DNA of 59,971 nucleotides, filler included, from Squatina squatina (GCA_031763465.1; 3 parts of 3 records of this genome joined end to end with filler, not necessarily neighbours in it); one strand, 5' to 3'; shown: positions 37,317-51,634, numbered from the whole stretch's first letter. Translations and numbers: made by a program. The notes: generated by a model from the letters alone, not told the origin.

Positions 37317-39563
37317 AGTCGGAAGGAGCAGGAATGCTGCTCCTGACTCTTCAGCACTGCCGCAAGCCGCCTCCCATTCCCCTGCTCCCTGCCAGGACAA
37401 ATTGGAGGGCACCAAAGTAGTGAGGTGCTTCTGGAGGCACCACAGACACCGGTAGCTCACCTGAATTATTAAAAAGCCCAAGGACCAGTTTTGGGTCGTT
37501 CTTGGGCTGGCCTCTTCTGGTGTGTGGAATGTTCGTGCAGCCCAGTTCGTGCTCATGAACAGGCACAAACAGATTTATCCCCCACTGTGTCTGCCAGTCA
37601 GTAGGATTGACAGGAGTGGTCACTGTAGAGTTAAGTATTTGCAAGTTCTACTTTTTTCAAAATTGCTGTACCAAAACAATCCTTTTGTTATTAAATGTGA
37701 TTCCCAAAAGCATAATCTCAGACAGGTGTTAGATTTGGAGCTCACTGGTTGTTATCCATGTTTAATCTACATTAGTTCAAAGTACTTAGGTCACCGTGGC
37801 TTCTCTGTGGCTATAAATTTTAGTGACTTTTGTTAGCTTATAACTTAAATAACAGTAAGGAATTCTCCAGTGAACACTTAGAGCTACAATTTCAAATTCA
37901 AATGCATGACCTAGTGAATTCGATGCTACCTCTTGCTGAGTATTTTTGACCAAAGGGACAAACTAGCTCACCGTACAATTTCCTGGCTAGTGTTAATAAC
38001 TTACAACTGTGATATAAGGGTTGCACCATAAATAAGCTGAATAAAATATATTAACTGTTAACCTGCCAATCTTCAGTAAAATGTGTATTATTGTTACAGG
38101 GTGTCAGTGACAAAGTACAGGTACCTTAATTGACAGATGCAGAAGTTCAAGCAAAGACCGAGCTAGGTAAGTTTCAAAACACAAGTATTTATTGATGCAG
38201 GATTCAATGTCTGCCTGGAGACGGTTGGACATTTGTTAGCAAGCTCAAGCGTAAAAATCTAAAACTGCAACACTGTATAGTATAACTTATTTTACTTTGG
38301 TATTCAGATTTTTTCTTGCAAGACTGAATCCCCGAAAATCAGGTACTCAACCTTGTTCATTGAAATCCCAACCCCACTGAATTATGTCCATATTACTAAG
38401 TTTTTAACTAAGCTTTTCAAATAAGAACTGAATAGACTGAGAGAAGCAAAACACCACAGGTTATAAAGGCAATGAATTTCAAGGTATGTGAGACAGTTTT
38501 CTCGAACCATATGCTTTAGAACTAATAAGGGAACACAACATCTTAGTCTNNNNNNNNNNNNNNNNNNNNNNNNNNNNNNNNNNNNNNNNNNNNNNNNNNN
38601 NNNNNNNNNNNNNNNNNNNNNNNNNNNNNNNNNNNNNNNNNNNNNNNNNCTTTCAGCTACTTGTAGATAATTTTCCTTGCACACAAACTCTGGAAAGAAT
38701 TCTCAAATGTTGATGGTCTATTGCTGTCGAGTGGAAGCAGTGAAAAGCTAGGCTGTGCAATGCCAAAAACAACAGTTTCTTTCCCCCTCCCATGCCATGA
38801 ATGTTCATTCGATACTTTGTCAGAAACTGCACTCAGGCAACCAAATAATACAGAAAAGAAGCCTATATTTTCATTTTTCATTTTCTTAATTTCAAATCAA
38901 AATGCAACTCCTCATTGGCTTCTAGGATGCAACAACAATCACAAATATGCTTACATGCTTAAAGTGGATACAGTACCTCTACATCAGGCTGTCCACACAG
39001 GGGAACTAGACTCTTGTTTCATGATACCCACACAGGAAATATATTGTACCTAGAACAGCTACAATATACAAGAGATGTGATTTAATTATGATTTTTGGCA
39101 GGTTTAATGTTCTCAACTTTTGCAGTAGTGGTCACTTTATAAAAGGGGTGTATTGTGTCTCCTGCCAAGTGCTCTATTTAATATCATGTACTCAGTCTGT
39201 GCTGGATTGTCTGGAGACAGACTCGATAATCCAAAGATCTTTGTACATATCTGAAGATTGCTTACGAAAGAACATAATAAATTTCAGATGGCGAGGTTAT
39301 TGCGTTATTTTAGCTTGTCTCAGTTGTGGTACAAAGTGTTGCAAGGCTTAACTGTAATAAGTTGTTAATCATTAACAAAACAATATCTGTTCCGTTATTT
39401 TAAAATTATACATCTTTAAAGCAAATCTTATTTTTGGTGATTATTTTCTGATCAAGAGTGCATNNNNNNNNNNNNNNNNNNNNNNNNNNNNNNNNNNNNN
39501 NNNNNNNNNNNNNNNNNNNNNNNNNNNNNNNNNNNNNNNNNNNNNNNNNNNNNNNNNNNNNNN

Positions 39564-39780
39564 AGTAAACTAGCGAGAGACATAAACACTGTAAAAGCTT
39601 CTGGAGGTATGTAAAAAGAAAAGGATCAGTGAAAATATATGTGGGTCCCTTACAGGCTGAGACAGGAGAAATTATAATGGGGAGCAAGGAAATGGAAGAG
39701 AAATTAAATAAATACTGTGCTTCTGTCTACACGGAAGAAGACGCAAAAAACCTCCCAGAGATAGTGGAGAATCAAGGGTC
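39564..39780 (+). mobile_element. CR1 LINE ORF2 fragment
   Basis: Translates KSFWRYVKRK..VGPLQAETGEIIMGSKEMEEKLNKYCASVYTEED, the typical CR1 EN-RT linker. Confidence 0.85.
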
Positions 39781-41019
39781 TGGCAGTCTCAGTCCGTATT
39801 TGCAGAACAAAGTCCTGAATACTCAGGGTCATCGAGAGAGAGAACAAAACTTCCCCAGTGCTACAACATTTCATCTAACAGCCATGCAGGTGAGGGAAAT
39901 GAAGAGCAACTGCTGCCAATGCTGATCGGCTAACAGCAATACCGGAGACGCTTCAGTTAGCTTGAAAATCCCACGCTACTTGGCGAGGTAGATTGCTCGG
40001 CTGTTCATTACTTAAGGTAGAATCTGCCACCTAACTCACTGGCCTGTAAACAGCAAAACATGAGCTGTGAATTGTATTGGTATCTCAGCTGGTTTGTCAG
40101 TGACTGGTACTATCAAGTTCAGGCTTTCCCACTAGGAAATGGGAGAAGAATGTAAGTCACTTTAGGTCAGTTTCGTAGATCTCCTCGTGCAGATTTACAG
40201 AGTGGCGCTGGCAGGCATCTAGAAACTCATCATTTACTATTCCTTCTTGGTCAGGAGAAAAAAAAGGCCAAAATCAAAGCTTGCTATGGCCTGATACTTC
40301 AAACTGTAACCCCCTGATAACAGTGCAGACTCTTACACTGCAAAATTCACATTATTATATGGACTCCTGTTCATGTAGTCTAGTAAATCATGAAATCCAA
40401 GCATTACCGCTAACTGTTGGAGGACAGGATAGGGTAGGTATTCTTGAATGAATGAAGGTTGATGAAAAACATACCTCTGAAGAGGAAGTTCATAAGCCAG
40501 AGCACAGCAGACAAGAGCTGTTCCATCTGCTCTGAAAACATGTTACTGTACTTCAGTGACTGGAGCAGCTGACAAGAATTGGCTATTATTTATGAAGCAG
40601 CATTGCTCTCTGGACATTTTTCAAGCTGACTAAAGCAGCTCCTTCAGCCAGACTTGATGAGGCAGCATAGATCTTTGCGGGATGTGTGCCATGAAATCAG
40701 CCACATGCTAAGCCGCTGGTGTTGAAAAGTGGAGAATTAAAAAAAAACAAATGCTTTTCCTCCCAACCATTGACCTTTTAGTCTTTTTAACAGTTAAATG
40801 CGTCACTGGCATTGCTGTGACCTCAAAGGACAGCATACTGGTACAAAATTGTGATGCCAAAAACAACTGTTTTGAACTTAGATATCCTAATAACAAATTG
40901 CTGAAAATTATTCGACCGCAGATGAAGTGAAAAACAATTTCCATTAGGTAATGAAACAGATGGTTTAGAGGAACCAGTAAGGACCATGAAGTAAAAGTCT
41001 AATAAGCCCAGACACAACC

Positions 41020-41220
41020 TTGGCCCCCATTGACCTCTGTTTCGCTAAAGCGCCTTGATGCCATACCTGGTTGTATGCTGGTTTGGCATCAAGGGCAGTT
41101 ATGCTCACTTCACCTCTCGAATTCAGGTTGAGTCCATGTTTGGACCAAGGTTGTAATGAGGTCTGGAAGCCGAATGGCCCCGACAGAACCCAAACTGAGC
41201 ATCTGTGAGCAGGTTACTGC
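41020..41220 (-). mobile_element. Degenerate LINE RT fragment
   Basis: Minus strand resembles the ALD....D.VWHQG RT motif (GTATGGCATCAAGGCGC). Confidence 0.55.
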
Positions 41221-42446
41221 TTTCAGTCCCTCAAGTGAGAACTGTTGGAGGCATAAGATAGTCCAGTCGCTAATAATTATCAAACAGAGTTTGCAGTTTG
41301 TTTCCCTGGTATGTGTCCAAAAGCTTACCTAGATCTCANNNNNNNNNNNNNNNNNNNNNNNNNNNNNNNNNNNNNNNNNNNNNNNNNNNNNNNNNNNNNN
41401 NNNNNNNNNNNNNNNNNNNNNNNNNNNNNNNNNNNNNNTGGTTATTCATTAGGCTCAAGGGAAGTGTTTGGCTTCTATGTCTGGACAGGAAAGGGTAAAT
41501 CAGAGCAGAAACCTCATTATTTTTGAAGACTGTCCCATAACTCTCCCACTTAAGCTACACATGGGAATATTGCTCAGCCAGTGGGCACTAATTGGTTGCT
41601 CACAAGTGGTTTGAAAAAAACAACACTGGAGTCTCAGCACACACTTGATAATTATTGTCCACTATTTAACAGTAATCAGCAGAACTAATTGCTTCTGCAG
41701 ACCAACAGACACAATTTAAATCACAGTTTTGACAGTTTTATTCTTGCGACAGCGTCCATTAGGAATTACACAGCAACTCCTACTTGTGTTCCAGCACTCA
41801 TAAAATGGGAACATCCAACACCCACAGATACAATTAGCTTTGTGATTTGTTTCCTGCATAGGCTACAGCTGTACCATCATGTTCATGCTGGTGTGAAGTG
41901 CTTTCAGGTGCACACTGACGCAAAAGTATCAGCTCCCAATCTTATACTCGAACACAGTAAAGCTATAGACAGCATATATCATAGATTCATCAGGATGGGA
42001 AACTATAGTTACAGTGAAGAGGCTTATACCATTTCCACTGGAGCTAAGATAGTTAACAAGATTTTTAAAATTATATGGGATTNNNNNNNNNNNNNNNNNN
42101 NNNNNNNNNNNNNNNNNNNNNNNNNNNNNNNNNNNNNNNNNNNNNNNNNNNNNNNNNNNNNNNNNNNNNNNNNNNNNNNNNNAGTTTTTATCTTATAATA
42201 CTCCTGTGAAACACCTTGGGATGTTTTACTACGTTAAAGGTGTTATATAAATACAAGTTGTTGTTGACCTCCCTCCCACTGCCATCCGGTCCCATCTGAC
42301 TTTCTCATCATCACAGAGGCATTTTGATCAAGATTCATGGAACTGTCCAAGGGGAGCCTAAGTGCAGACACCAGTCAAATTGGGATTTCAGTGTCATAAT
42401 GTCGTAAGTATTGGTCCTGGCAGCATAGAGTGGAGTTCAAACCCAC

Positions 42447-42696
42447 CTGTTATTTCCTGAAGTAGTTGAGATAAGTTAGGTTCATCACACAAGGCCTGCA
42501 GCAAGGCTTTCTTGACCTCACGTTCAGCTTTATCCACCACATTGTCTAACTTGAGCTCTCCAACCACAGAGTAGATGTAAACCAATAGAACAAGAATTTC
42601 TTCAGGATTGTAATCAAAGTAGTCTCTCTCCCCATGGGACTTGATCAAAGGCAGAAATTGGGTTAAAACTCGAGATAAATCATGATCCCCGAGTGT
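42447..42696 (-). CDS. SCFD2: Sec1 family domain-containing 2, internal exon (250 bp)
   Basis: TTTAG/GTGGGT-bounded; encodes TLGDHDLSRVLTQFLPLIK..DYNPEEILVLLVYIYSVVGEL..AEREVKKAL..LSQLLQEIT. In phase with the 44015-44190 exon. Confidence 0.93.
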
Positions 42697-44014
42697 CTAA
42701 AAAACAAAAAGAGATATTTTCAATTTTAGTGCAAAAATGTAGTCACTAAATTTCAGTATTTTTCAAGTTAGAACAAATTTCCTTTTTCATAACATTCCCA
42801 CATTACTTCAAACTGCTCACACACACTTCAAATTTTAAACCAATGCCACTCAATATTAACAGCAATAAATATCTAGAAAACAGCTGTTAAGAAAATCAAA
42901 TACACATTTCAGATCAACTACAATGGAAAGACAGCAGCGCTATTTTGTAAAATGGACAAGGTTCTATAAGTTACAGATAAGGAGTTTGATTTTTTTCAAT
43001 AGCCAGTACATTTTTCAAGTGACTGCACAATAGCTGTTAATGACAACAGTTACTAAATAAATATTAAATGCTGTACTAATATTCTAAGATAAGTGAATAT
43101 TGAATGCAGAGTTGCAATACTGTATAATTTACTGGCATCATGCCAGTAGGGCAGAATCAGATCAGAGTGTCAAAAATGTACCTATTTCNNNNNNNNNNNN
43201 NNNNNNNNNNNNNNNNNNNNNNNNNNNNNNNNNNNNNNNNNNNNNNNNNNNNNNNNNNNNNNNNNNNNNNNNNNNNNNNNNNNNNNNNTAGTGTGAATTC
43301 CTTGAACACCTTCTCTGTGAAAGTTTGAAAGCAATAACTGACACTGATCTCAGCATAAATATTGATACTCTCATAGCAATTTAGCAACTAAGGGGTCCTT
43401 TGTGCAAAATTCAAATGGAAAACAAAGAACATTACACTACTTTTAAAACTGGAAGAAGCTAAGCACACATATTAAATTATGTCAGAGTGCAGAACAGAAT
43501 TTATGGGCCTCACAGTGTTAAAAATGTGAGCTCTTTCTGTTTGTGTTACACTGACTAGCAGATTGCTCATCAGGGGAAATTCAGCTTTTCTACTCCTGTG
43601 GTTTACTCATTTTATTTCATTATTTAGATGCATGTTTTGAGGTTTGGGATTTATATCGTTTTAGACCATTTTGACCCTCGGGAGTCTGTCAGGAATCTTA
43701 TTCAAGATAAAATGCCAGCCAGAAACCTAAAACACATTTAATCAGACTGGAAGGAAAAAAAAAGGTAAAAAAACTCATGACTCCATAATGAACTTCACAT
43801 TTCTCCTGGGACTTGACTCCTGACACAAGGAGTGGGCCAAATAAGAACCAGAGAGCGTGGGCCCCGACATCAGCCTGGTTTTAATTAGGCCATGCAAAGG
43901 AGCTCNNNNNNNNNNNNNNNNNNNNNNNNNNNNNNNNNNNNNNNNNNNNNNNNNNNNNNNNNNNNNNNNNNNNNNNNNNNNNNNNNNNNNNNNNNNNNNN
44001 NNNNNATACCAAAC

Positions 44015-44190
44015 CTGCAACAGCAGCCTTTCAAAAGCAAGGAAGTTATCCCATTTTGAGTAGCACTTGTGTCCCAAAGTCTGCACTGTTGCCATAGTAA
44101 GTAGCAAGAGCCCACAGTGATTCTCCAAAGCTTTCAAATTGCTCTTAAATAACTGGACATACGAGTTGAGCTGTTCAGGTGTGACTCTAC
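44015..44190 (-). CDS. SCFD2: Sec1 family domain-containing 2, internal exon (176 bp)
   Basis: CTACAG/GTTTGG-bounded; encodes RVTPEQLNSYVQLFKSNLKALENHCGLL..KWDNFLAFERLLLQ. Confidence 0.95.
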
Positions 44191-47098
44191 CTGTAGAAAG
44201 AAAAGGATGTAGGAAAGCTATTACAGGTACATTTAGAATCAAGAAAATACAGATCATCTTTACTAAGTAGGCCTCCTTTGAGCTGATGGTTTAAAAAAAA
44301 ACAGGTTTATTGAAAAGAAAAGTGTTGTGAACGTCCTATGATGTGCAATACGTAACCTCAAAAGTTAGCGTACCATTTGCGCAACCTTGATACCAAAATT
44401 AATTATGGAAAGTTTTATTGGTAATATTTTTTATTCGAAGAAAACAAAAAAAGGAACATATTTCAATTTCAGAGAATTTATAATTAAAACTAAATTTGAA
44501 CAATGGTTTCTTATGATGTGGCAAGTTAAAAAAAAAATACACAGACTATGAAGAGCTTTAGCATGTCCTGAGGATGTGAATTGTCTTGTAAGCAACTAGG
44601 GTAGTCATTTTATGCATAGCAAAATGCCACATGGAATAATAAGATAAATGGCTAGTTAATCTAAAAATTTTTTTGATTGAAGGATGATCGTTGGCCAGGG
44701 CACTAGGAGAATTCCCTCTCTGTTCGCATCTGTTCTGACGACGCCACCTTCCACACCAGTGCTTCCGACATGTCTTTCTNNNNNNNNNNNNNNNNNNNNN
44801 NNNNNNNNNNNNNNNNNNNNNNNNNNNNNNNNNNNNNNNNNNNNNNNNNNNNNNNNNNNNNNNNNNNNNNNNNNNNNNNAGTAAAGCACACACATGATCA
44901 AAAAACACTCACAATCTGCTTTTCGTCTTATGATTTTACCAACAGACGCACAAAAAGGTTAATGTACGCATGCATACACCGTGGGATAGGAGTATTGAGA
45001 TCACATGCTCAGTGACTGTGTCTATTACTCATCTTTTTATCCGAAACAAAAATGTAAACAGCCACATCTGAATTCCCAATTAGCTACATGTGGCTAGTGA
45101 CAAACTTATTTAGCAACACTGTTGTGGGACAAAAAATTCAGAATTCAAGAGATTAAATTTCCAGATAACCACCAAGTATTTTTTGTCCATAAATCCATCA
45201 AAATACTGCTCTCCCCCACCATATCCCAGTGCCAATAGAAAAGTCAAGGCCAGAGGGCACTGCTGGACTACAGGGGAAATTTCAACCGTGCAACTGCGTG
45301 GCTTTCAACTGTAAAAGCAGAGGTGGTAGAGAGAATAAAAGATTTAAAACACCACATTTCTGTAATTAATTCTAATGAGGCCCTAGAAGTGTAAAAAACA
45401 TAGGATGGAGCTTGGATATGTGGACTGGTGCCTGGAGAATCAATTATTGAGACTTGTGTGTTATCAGCAATAAATCTTCCCTTTAACCAGCACTCGGCGA
45501 GCTGGAGGATCTGGAAAAGCTATTTCACAGAAAACACTGGCCTGCATGCAGCAGTTATCTAGTTTGCTGCAGCTCAAAAGGAAACTTAGCTCAGGACACA
45601 GGCTTTGGTCTTGGCCATATTCAAAGCAGCTTATGGTAGATGAAGACTTTCAGACCTAAATTATGGCAGCAATTCAAGACAATATGCATACTTAAAAAAG
45701 GGCAAAAGTTTATTGAAATGACTAAGATCACATCTAGGCAAACTCTACAGGAAACCAGCTGTGAAAATAACTGTTGCCTTACTCAGTGGATCAGTCACCA
45801 ACATCAAAGGGTCATATTTGACATTCACTACATCGGAGATCATTTCTGCTTTAAAGAAAGTAATTAAAAATTTTAAAATTGTATTTTTTTCTTGCTATTG
45901 GACCGGATTTCACAGTAAGAGTAACGGTGAGGCTATCAGCATTCACCATTATTAAGGAGCAAATCAGACAGCAACTTCCGGCGACCGCCCATGCATGGTT
46001 TAACACGGAAATCAAGAAGTTGCTGTCCAATTTGCCCTGCTTCTCCACAAGCTTCACTACACTAGTATCTCGTCGAGAGGCTCGGCATTCAAACACATGA
46101 ATGGCATAAAGATATTGTACATATCAACTATATACCCACTAAACACGCCAAAAAAAATTGGGGCTTGACCATTCAAGTGTAAGTTAATTTTTAATGGTAC
46201 AATAAGTCTTACTTATTACCAAACAGCCTCACTGGCACTGAAAATGAACTTTTACAAGTGTGGAGTCTCAATCCTTCAGATTTTAATTATTGTCGGAGAT
46301 TTTTTTTTTTAAATTGCTTTTACTTTTTCTTTCTACCTTTTATCTCTCTCTCTCAATCCCATCTTTATTTCGTTTTCTGTACATGACTTTACACTGAATA
46401 TTCTAATTTACACTTCCTGGTTTCAACTCAGTGTGTCTCAGTAGGGATTCATCAATCTGATTGGTTGAAGAGACAAACTGTTGCTTTCCCTGCTCACACA
46501 NNNNNNNNNNNNNNNNNNNNNNNNNNNNNNNNNNNNNNNNNNNNNNNNNNNNNNNNNNNNNNNNNNNNNNNNNNNNNNNNNNNNNNNNNNNNNNNNNNNN
46601 NNNNNNNNNNNNNNNNNNNNNNNNNNNNNNNNNNNNNNNNNNNNNNNNNNNNNNNNNNNNNNNNNNNNNNNNNNNNNNNNNNNNNNNNNNNNNNNNNNNN
46701 NNNNNNNNNNNNNNNNNNNNNNNNNNNNNNNNNNNNNNNNNNNNNNNNNNNNNNNNNNNNNNNNNNNNNNNNNNNNNNNNNNNNNNNNNNNNNNNNNNNN
46801 NNNNNNNNNNNNNNNNNNNNNNNNNNNNNNNNNNNNNNNNNNNNNNNNNNNNNNNNNNNNNNNNNNNNNNNNNNNNNNNNNNNNNNNNNNNNNNNNNNNN
46901 NNNNNNNNNNNNNNNNNNNNNNNNNNNNNNNNNNNNNNNNNNNNNNNNNNNNNNNNNNNNNNNNNNNNNNNNNNNNNNNNNNNNNNNNNNNNNNNNNNNN
47001 NNNNNNNNNNNNNNNNNNNNNNNNNNNNNNNNNNNNNNNNNNNNNNNNNNNNNNNNNNNNNNNNNNNNNNNNNNNNNNNNNNNNNNNNNNNNNNNNNN

Positions 47099-47200
47099 CA
47101 GGGAAATGGCGTTGAGGTAGAAGATCAGCCAAGATGTAGTGGAATGGCAGAGCAGGCTCAAGGGGCCGAATGGCCTATTTCTGCTCCTATTTCTTATGTA
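47099..47200 (+). mobile_element. CR1 LINE 3' end
   Basis: GATCAGCC..GAATGGCAGAGCAGGCTCAAGGGGCCGAATGGCCTATTTCTGCTCCTATTTCTTATG, a CR1-type 3' UTR. Confidence 0.75.
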
Positions 47201-49224
47201 CATGCTAAGGGCCCGTCTTACACTGTCGGTGTAATGAGAGCCTTACTAAATCTGCATGATCTTCAAGTTTAAATATAAACGAGAAACATTCACCGGGACA
47301 GAAAACTATGTTCAAAATTTAGCTTAAGCAAAATTCACTAAGCGGTATTCTCTGCTAAATTACAGAATATATAAACTAATATATTGGTTTCGATCATCTG
47401 TCAGTGTTTCATCACACTGTATGGACACAGGGCCACTTTTCCTATTTGCAACAACCAACGTGATGTCCGAACTAAAACAACTATTTACTGTTTTTCTTTC
47501 AAAGTCTGGGGATATTATGGCAGAGTGATTCTGCTGTAGACTCAACTCAGTCTGTATATTTTGGCAGCAACTCAAGGTTTCAAAAAGCTTCTAGTTGATT
47601 TACATGCCTGAAGGGGCCCAGACGTACTTAGCTGGTGATAGCTTCCTAGCCCAGGCTACCTCACTGAAAGGCTACTGTCAGTAGAAAGAGCATCTCCATT
47701 CAGGTTTGCCCAGAGAGGCTGCATTTCTCTGCAGAATGGCATTTAATATGCTGAGCAGATGAGCTTGCTGAACAAAAGCTTCATTAATATATTCTATGAA
47801 AAAAATTCAGTTTATGTTTGTTTGCAAGTAGGAATTTAAGGATCTTCTTAAACTTAGCCAGTAAATATACTGGACTAATAAAAAAATCGTACGACACAAC
47901 ATCTCTGTGAACCAATTTCAGCCAAGACCAAACAGATTAAAAAATAAGCTTACCTGTTAAAACACATTGAGGATATTCAATTATTCTGTTAATTAAGTAA
48001 ATTTTGACTACACTCATAGTGATTACAATTGAAAATCCATTGCACTAATCCCACTTGGTTAGGAAAGGTATTTTCTCCCTGCATCTTGCTCGGTTCCTTG
48101 CACCATGCACTTAGCAAGAGGGAAGGAAAACCTTCTTCTGGACCTCCAGCAATGCCTCTCAAGCCGGGGTGACTGATTGGGATCTCTTTCTCTCCGATGG
48201 GGAAAACACTCATGACACCCGACAACAGGATCAAGACTTCGGCACATGCAAGCCCAATTAGGATGTGCTGTTCTAATTTACTCCACTATAAATTATGAAG
48301 TATTAGTAGATCTCCTGTGGCATTGCTCACAGTGAGTCAGACAATAAGCTGTTATACCTGTGCAATGTANNNNNNNNNNNNNNNNNNNNNNNNNNNNNNN
48401 NNNNNNNNNNNNNNNNNNNNNNNNNNNNNNNNNNNNNNNNNNNNNNNNNNNNNNNNNNNNNNNNNNNNNCCAGAATAACATCTGAGGCACTGCCAGACTG
48501 TCCAGGTTTATACAGTCTACAAAGTATTGCCTGAAAGTGAAGAAAAATAAACCTTGCTTAAAATTTTTTTGCGAATGCAGCTTCCATAGATCATTGGTTC
48601 CTAAATATTGTGTAATAATGGGGGAGGGGATGAACTGTTTATAAATCTTAAAGTTGTCACTGCAGTTAATTGTCCATTTTTTTTTTAGATACATAGAAGA
48701 TTTGCCTGGATAATACAAAAAGTTTGTTAGAGGCACACATTGCCCAAAGCTGTACACTGTATGCAGACAAGACACATAACTTGTTAGAAAACATTTTGTC
48801 AGCACCCTTAACCCGCCACCCAGGAGACGAGTGATATAAATCCTCAATTCCAAACAACCAATTAATTTATTGCCACTACATCATTCAAAGCCTTTTAAAG
48901 TGTCAGCATACTGCTGAGCTCTTATCATTAGCAAAGTTTGAAACAGCCCGAGGTGTAGGAAGGGAGCTGTTTATACAACTGAACTTTTCAACCTCAAGAA
49001 CTGAACATCTTGTCTGTAAAGACAAACAAGTCTGGCCCAGTGTGTGGGTCAAGTCCTCCTTATTCCCTCTAATTTTCTATACCCAAATATTAGCAGCAAA
49101 TTAGAGGGAAAAAAAACCATAAAATAAAATAATGACATGACTTCTACACCAGGCACGTTTCTCCTGAAATAAGACTCTGGGTCCCAGGAAGTTTATATTC
49201 TTCATTTCACAAGGGATGCTTTAG

Positions 49225-49634
49225 AATTCATAGAAATTTACATTACAGAAGGAGGACATTTGTACCTGTGCTAGCTCTTTGAAAAAGCAGTCGTGCTTAG
49301 TCCCATATCACCCCGTCTTTTGTCCGTAACCCTGCAAGTTCCTCATCCTCAAATACCTGTCCAACTCCCTTTTAAAATTATTTATGAAATCAGCTTCCAC
49401 CACTTTCCCAGGGAGAACTTTCCAGATCCTGACAACTCAGTGGAAAAAATTCTCATCTGCCCTCTCGATCTTTTTCCAATGATTTTGAATCTGTGACCTC
49501 TAGTTATTGGCCCACTTGCCAGAGGTAATAAGTCTTTTTTTATATAGAGTAAATAGAGAAAAAGTATCATCTTAACCTTCTCTGTTCCAAGAACAGTCCT
49601 AACTTTTCCAACCTCTCCTCAAAACTGAAGTCCC
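49225..49634 (-). mobile_element. CR1 LINE 3' fragment
   Basis: Minus strand reads DLLPLASGPITRGHRFKIIGKRSRGQMRIFS, the CR1 TRGH motif. Confidence 0.8.
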
Positions 49635-51505
49635 NNNNNNNNNNNNNNNNNNNNNNNNNNNNNNNNNNNNNNNNNNNNNNNNNNNNNNNNNNNNNNNNNN
49701 NNNNNNNNNNNNNNNNNNNNNNNNNNNNNNNNNNAAGTTACAAAAACCTAGCATTAAACACATATCTTTTCATTCATTATTGCTATTTGATTATGACTAT
49801 TTCTTTAGTGAAGTGTCTTTAAAATTGCAATATGTATTGAGGTCAGATCGGTAATCCAATAACTGCTGACTTTTCTAGAGAATAGATTCTCTTGTTTTTC
49901 CCCACGAGAGATATCTACATAGAACTACTGCATGTGTATCTCTTGTGACTACATAGTTATGCAGAGGATTTTCTCCATGTGCATTACGGCATATCTGTTA
50001 AAAATGCAGGCAATTCTGTCAATAATTGTAGAATTATTGGGTGGATCATGACTGAAATTGGTTTCCTTGGCAGCTATAATGCAGAAAATGATAGATTCTG
50101 GAACTGAGTAAAATGTATCTCTGATCACGATACCTGAAATTTTCAGATTTGGCTAATGTTGGCAAGGCAGCATCTATTGCCCATCCCTAGTTTCCCTGAG
50201 AAGGTGGTTGTAGGCCTTCTTCTTGAACTACTGCAGTCCGCGTGGTCTAATGGTTTGATACAGCCGAGTGATTTGCTAGGCTACTTACACATTGGTGTGG
50301 AACTGGAGTCACACATTGATCAGACTGAGTAATGACGACAGGTTTCCTTCCCTAAAGGACGTGAGCGAACCAGTTAGGTTTTTTGGACAATCTGACAGCT
50401 TCGTGGCCACTTTTACTGATAGCAGATTTAAACAAAAACAAATTTAAATTCTCAAGCTGCTATTAATTTCAAAATTTTTAAGGAAGTAAGTTATTTTAAT
50501 AAATTTTAAAATGTATTGTTATAGGTATTCTGGTATGGAGAATGTCATCTGAGCTTCACTGATGACTAAGTGGGTAAATGCTCCTTGTCATGCAGTACCA
50601 AGCCAAACAGACCAAGAAGGGCCCACATTTGATCCATTGCCTGGTACTGGACCAGGCTAGTGGAAAAAAAAATCAACCAGTCTTTCTGCACTCAACAGCT
50701 ACCAGTGATTCATGATAGGAAGTGTGCACGTGTGTATGTTCAGGTGAAGCCTGGCTGTGATGCTGTATGCGGTTGAATATTCTGCGGACAATCACTGTCC
50801 AAGCTCGCACATGAACAATGCCACTTGTGTGAAGAGTCCAAGGGCTGCTAGTACCATGAAACAGTGACCCAGTATGAAGCATTGGCCTTCAAGCAATGAG
50901 GGAAAAATTGAAGAAGAAGAAAAAAAGAGTTGAACATGTTGCCTCAAATTGATCATATGTAATAGCACAACAATTTTGGTGCATTCGGTTAATTTTGACA
51001 GTTTCTATCTTAAATTTATGTGATGTTATTTCAATAATGTGTGTTGAATCANNNNNNNNNNTTAGTGCTCCCAGTGCGGAGCTTCGAGTGAGGGACGTGC
51101 ATATCACGAATTTGGTTGAGGAGGTTAGCATGTTCGATTCACAGCCTGCAGAATTTTCCATCCATAAATTTTATACTCTGTGCCAGGTGTGCTGAATCAT
51201 ATAATTTACCATACTAGACATGATATATTCATGAAGTATATAGGTTCTTTAATAAAAATGAATGTGCCGCAAGAGTGGGCTAATAATGCCTGCGGGGAAT
51301 GCAATTGTGTTGCAAAACACCCCAGGATTTTAGAGGTTAAGAGAGCTTTTGCGAGAGGTAAGTAGGTACTGGTTTTCAATTATTAATTTAAGAGGTATTT
51401 ATGTCTGCAAGTTTCAGTACCTTGTCTAAAGGAACCTGTCTCAGGGCCACATGAATGTGATGTTTGTTCTATTGGCTAACAGTTTTCTTTTTCTGTCTGA
51501 TTCAG

Positions 51506-51634
51506 GGAACCATGTGTTGTCTCCTGGCAGCAGTGTGGGAAATGGCTTGACATCAGTTGCTGCTGAAGCGCTGGGACTACCTAAGGGAATTGCTGTGGCA
51601 GCATCTCTGATCGACGCCCATGCAGGAGGTTTAG
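51506..51634 (+). CDS. FGGY: Isolated exon (129 bp) of FGGY carbohydrate kinase domain-containing protein (D-ribulokinase family), antisense within SCFD2 intron 1
   Basis: Branch-like CTAAC, pyrimidine tract and TTCAG acceptor; TTAG/GTACTC donor; phase 1-1. Encodes [44 protein letters not shown] versus recalled human [44 protein letters not shown]. Whether it is functional here is unknown. Confidence 0.88.

Noticed and set aside
38137-38172. Possible 30-nt plus-strand micro-exon with a GTAAGT donor
   Set aside because: Weak acceptor, no partner exons and no recognisable peptide.
26000-42000. Apparent novel synteny of ACTR3 with SCFD2/FIP1L1
   Set aside because: A concatenation linker at 37217-37316 separates the scaffolds.
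46403-47272. Several 200+ aa ORFs in the ORF track (also 5224-5928 and other gap-spanning ORFs)
   Set aside because: They consist mostly of X from N gaps, with no coding evidence.
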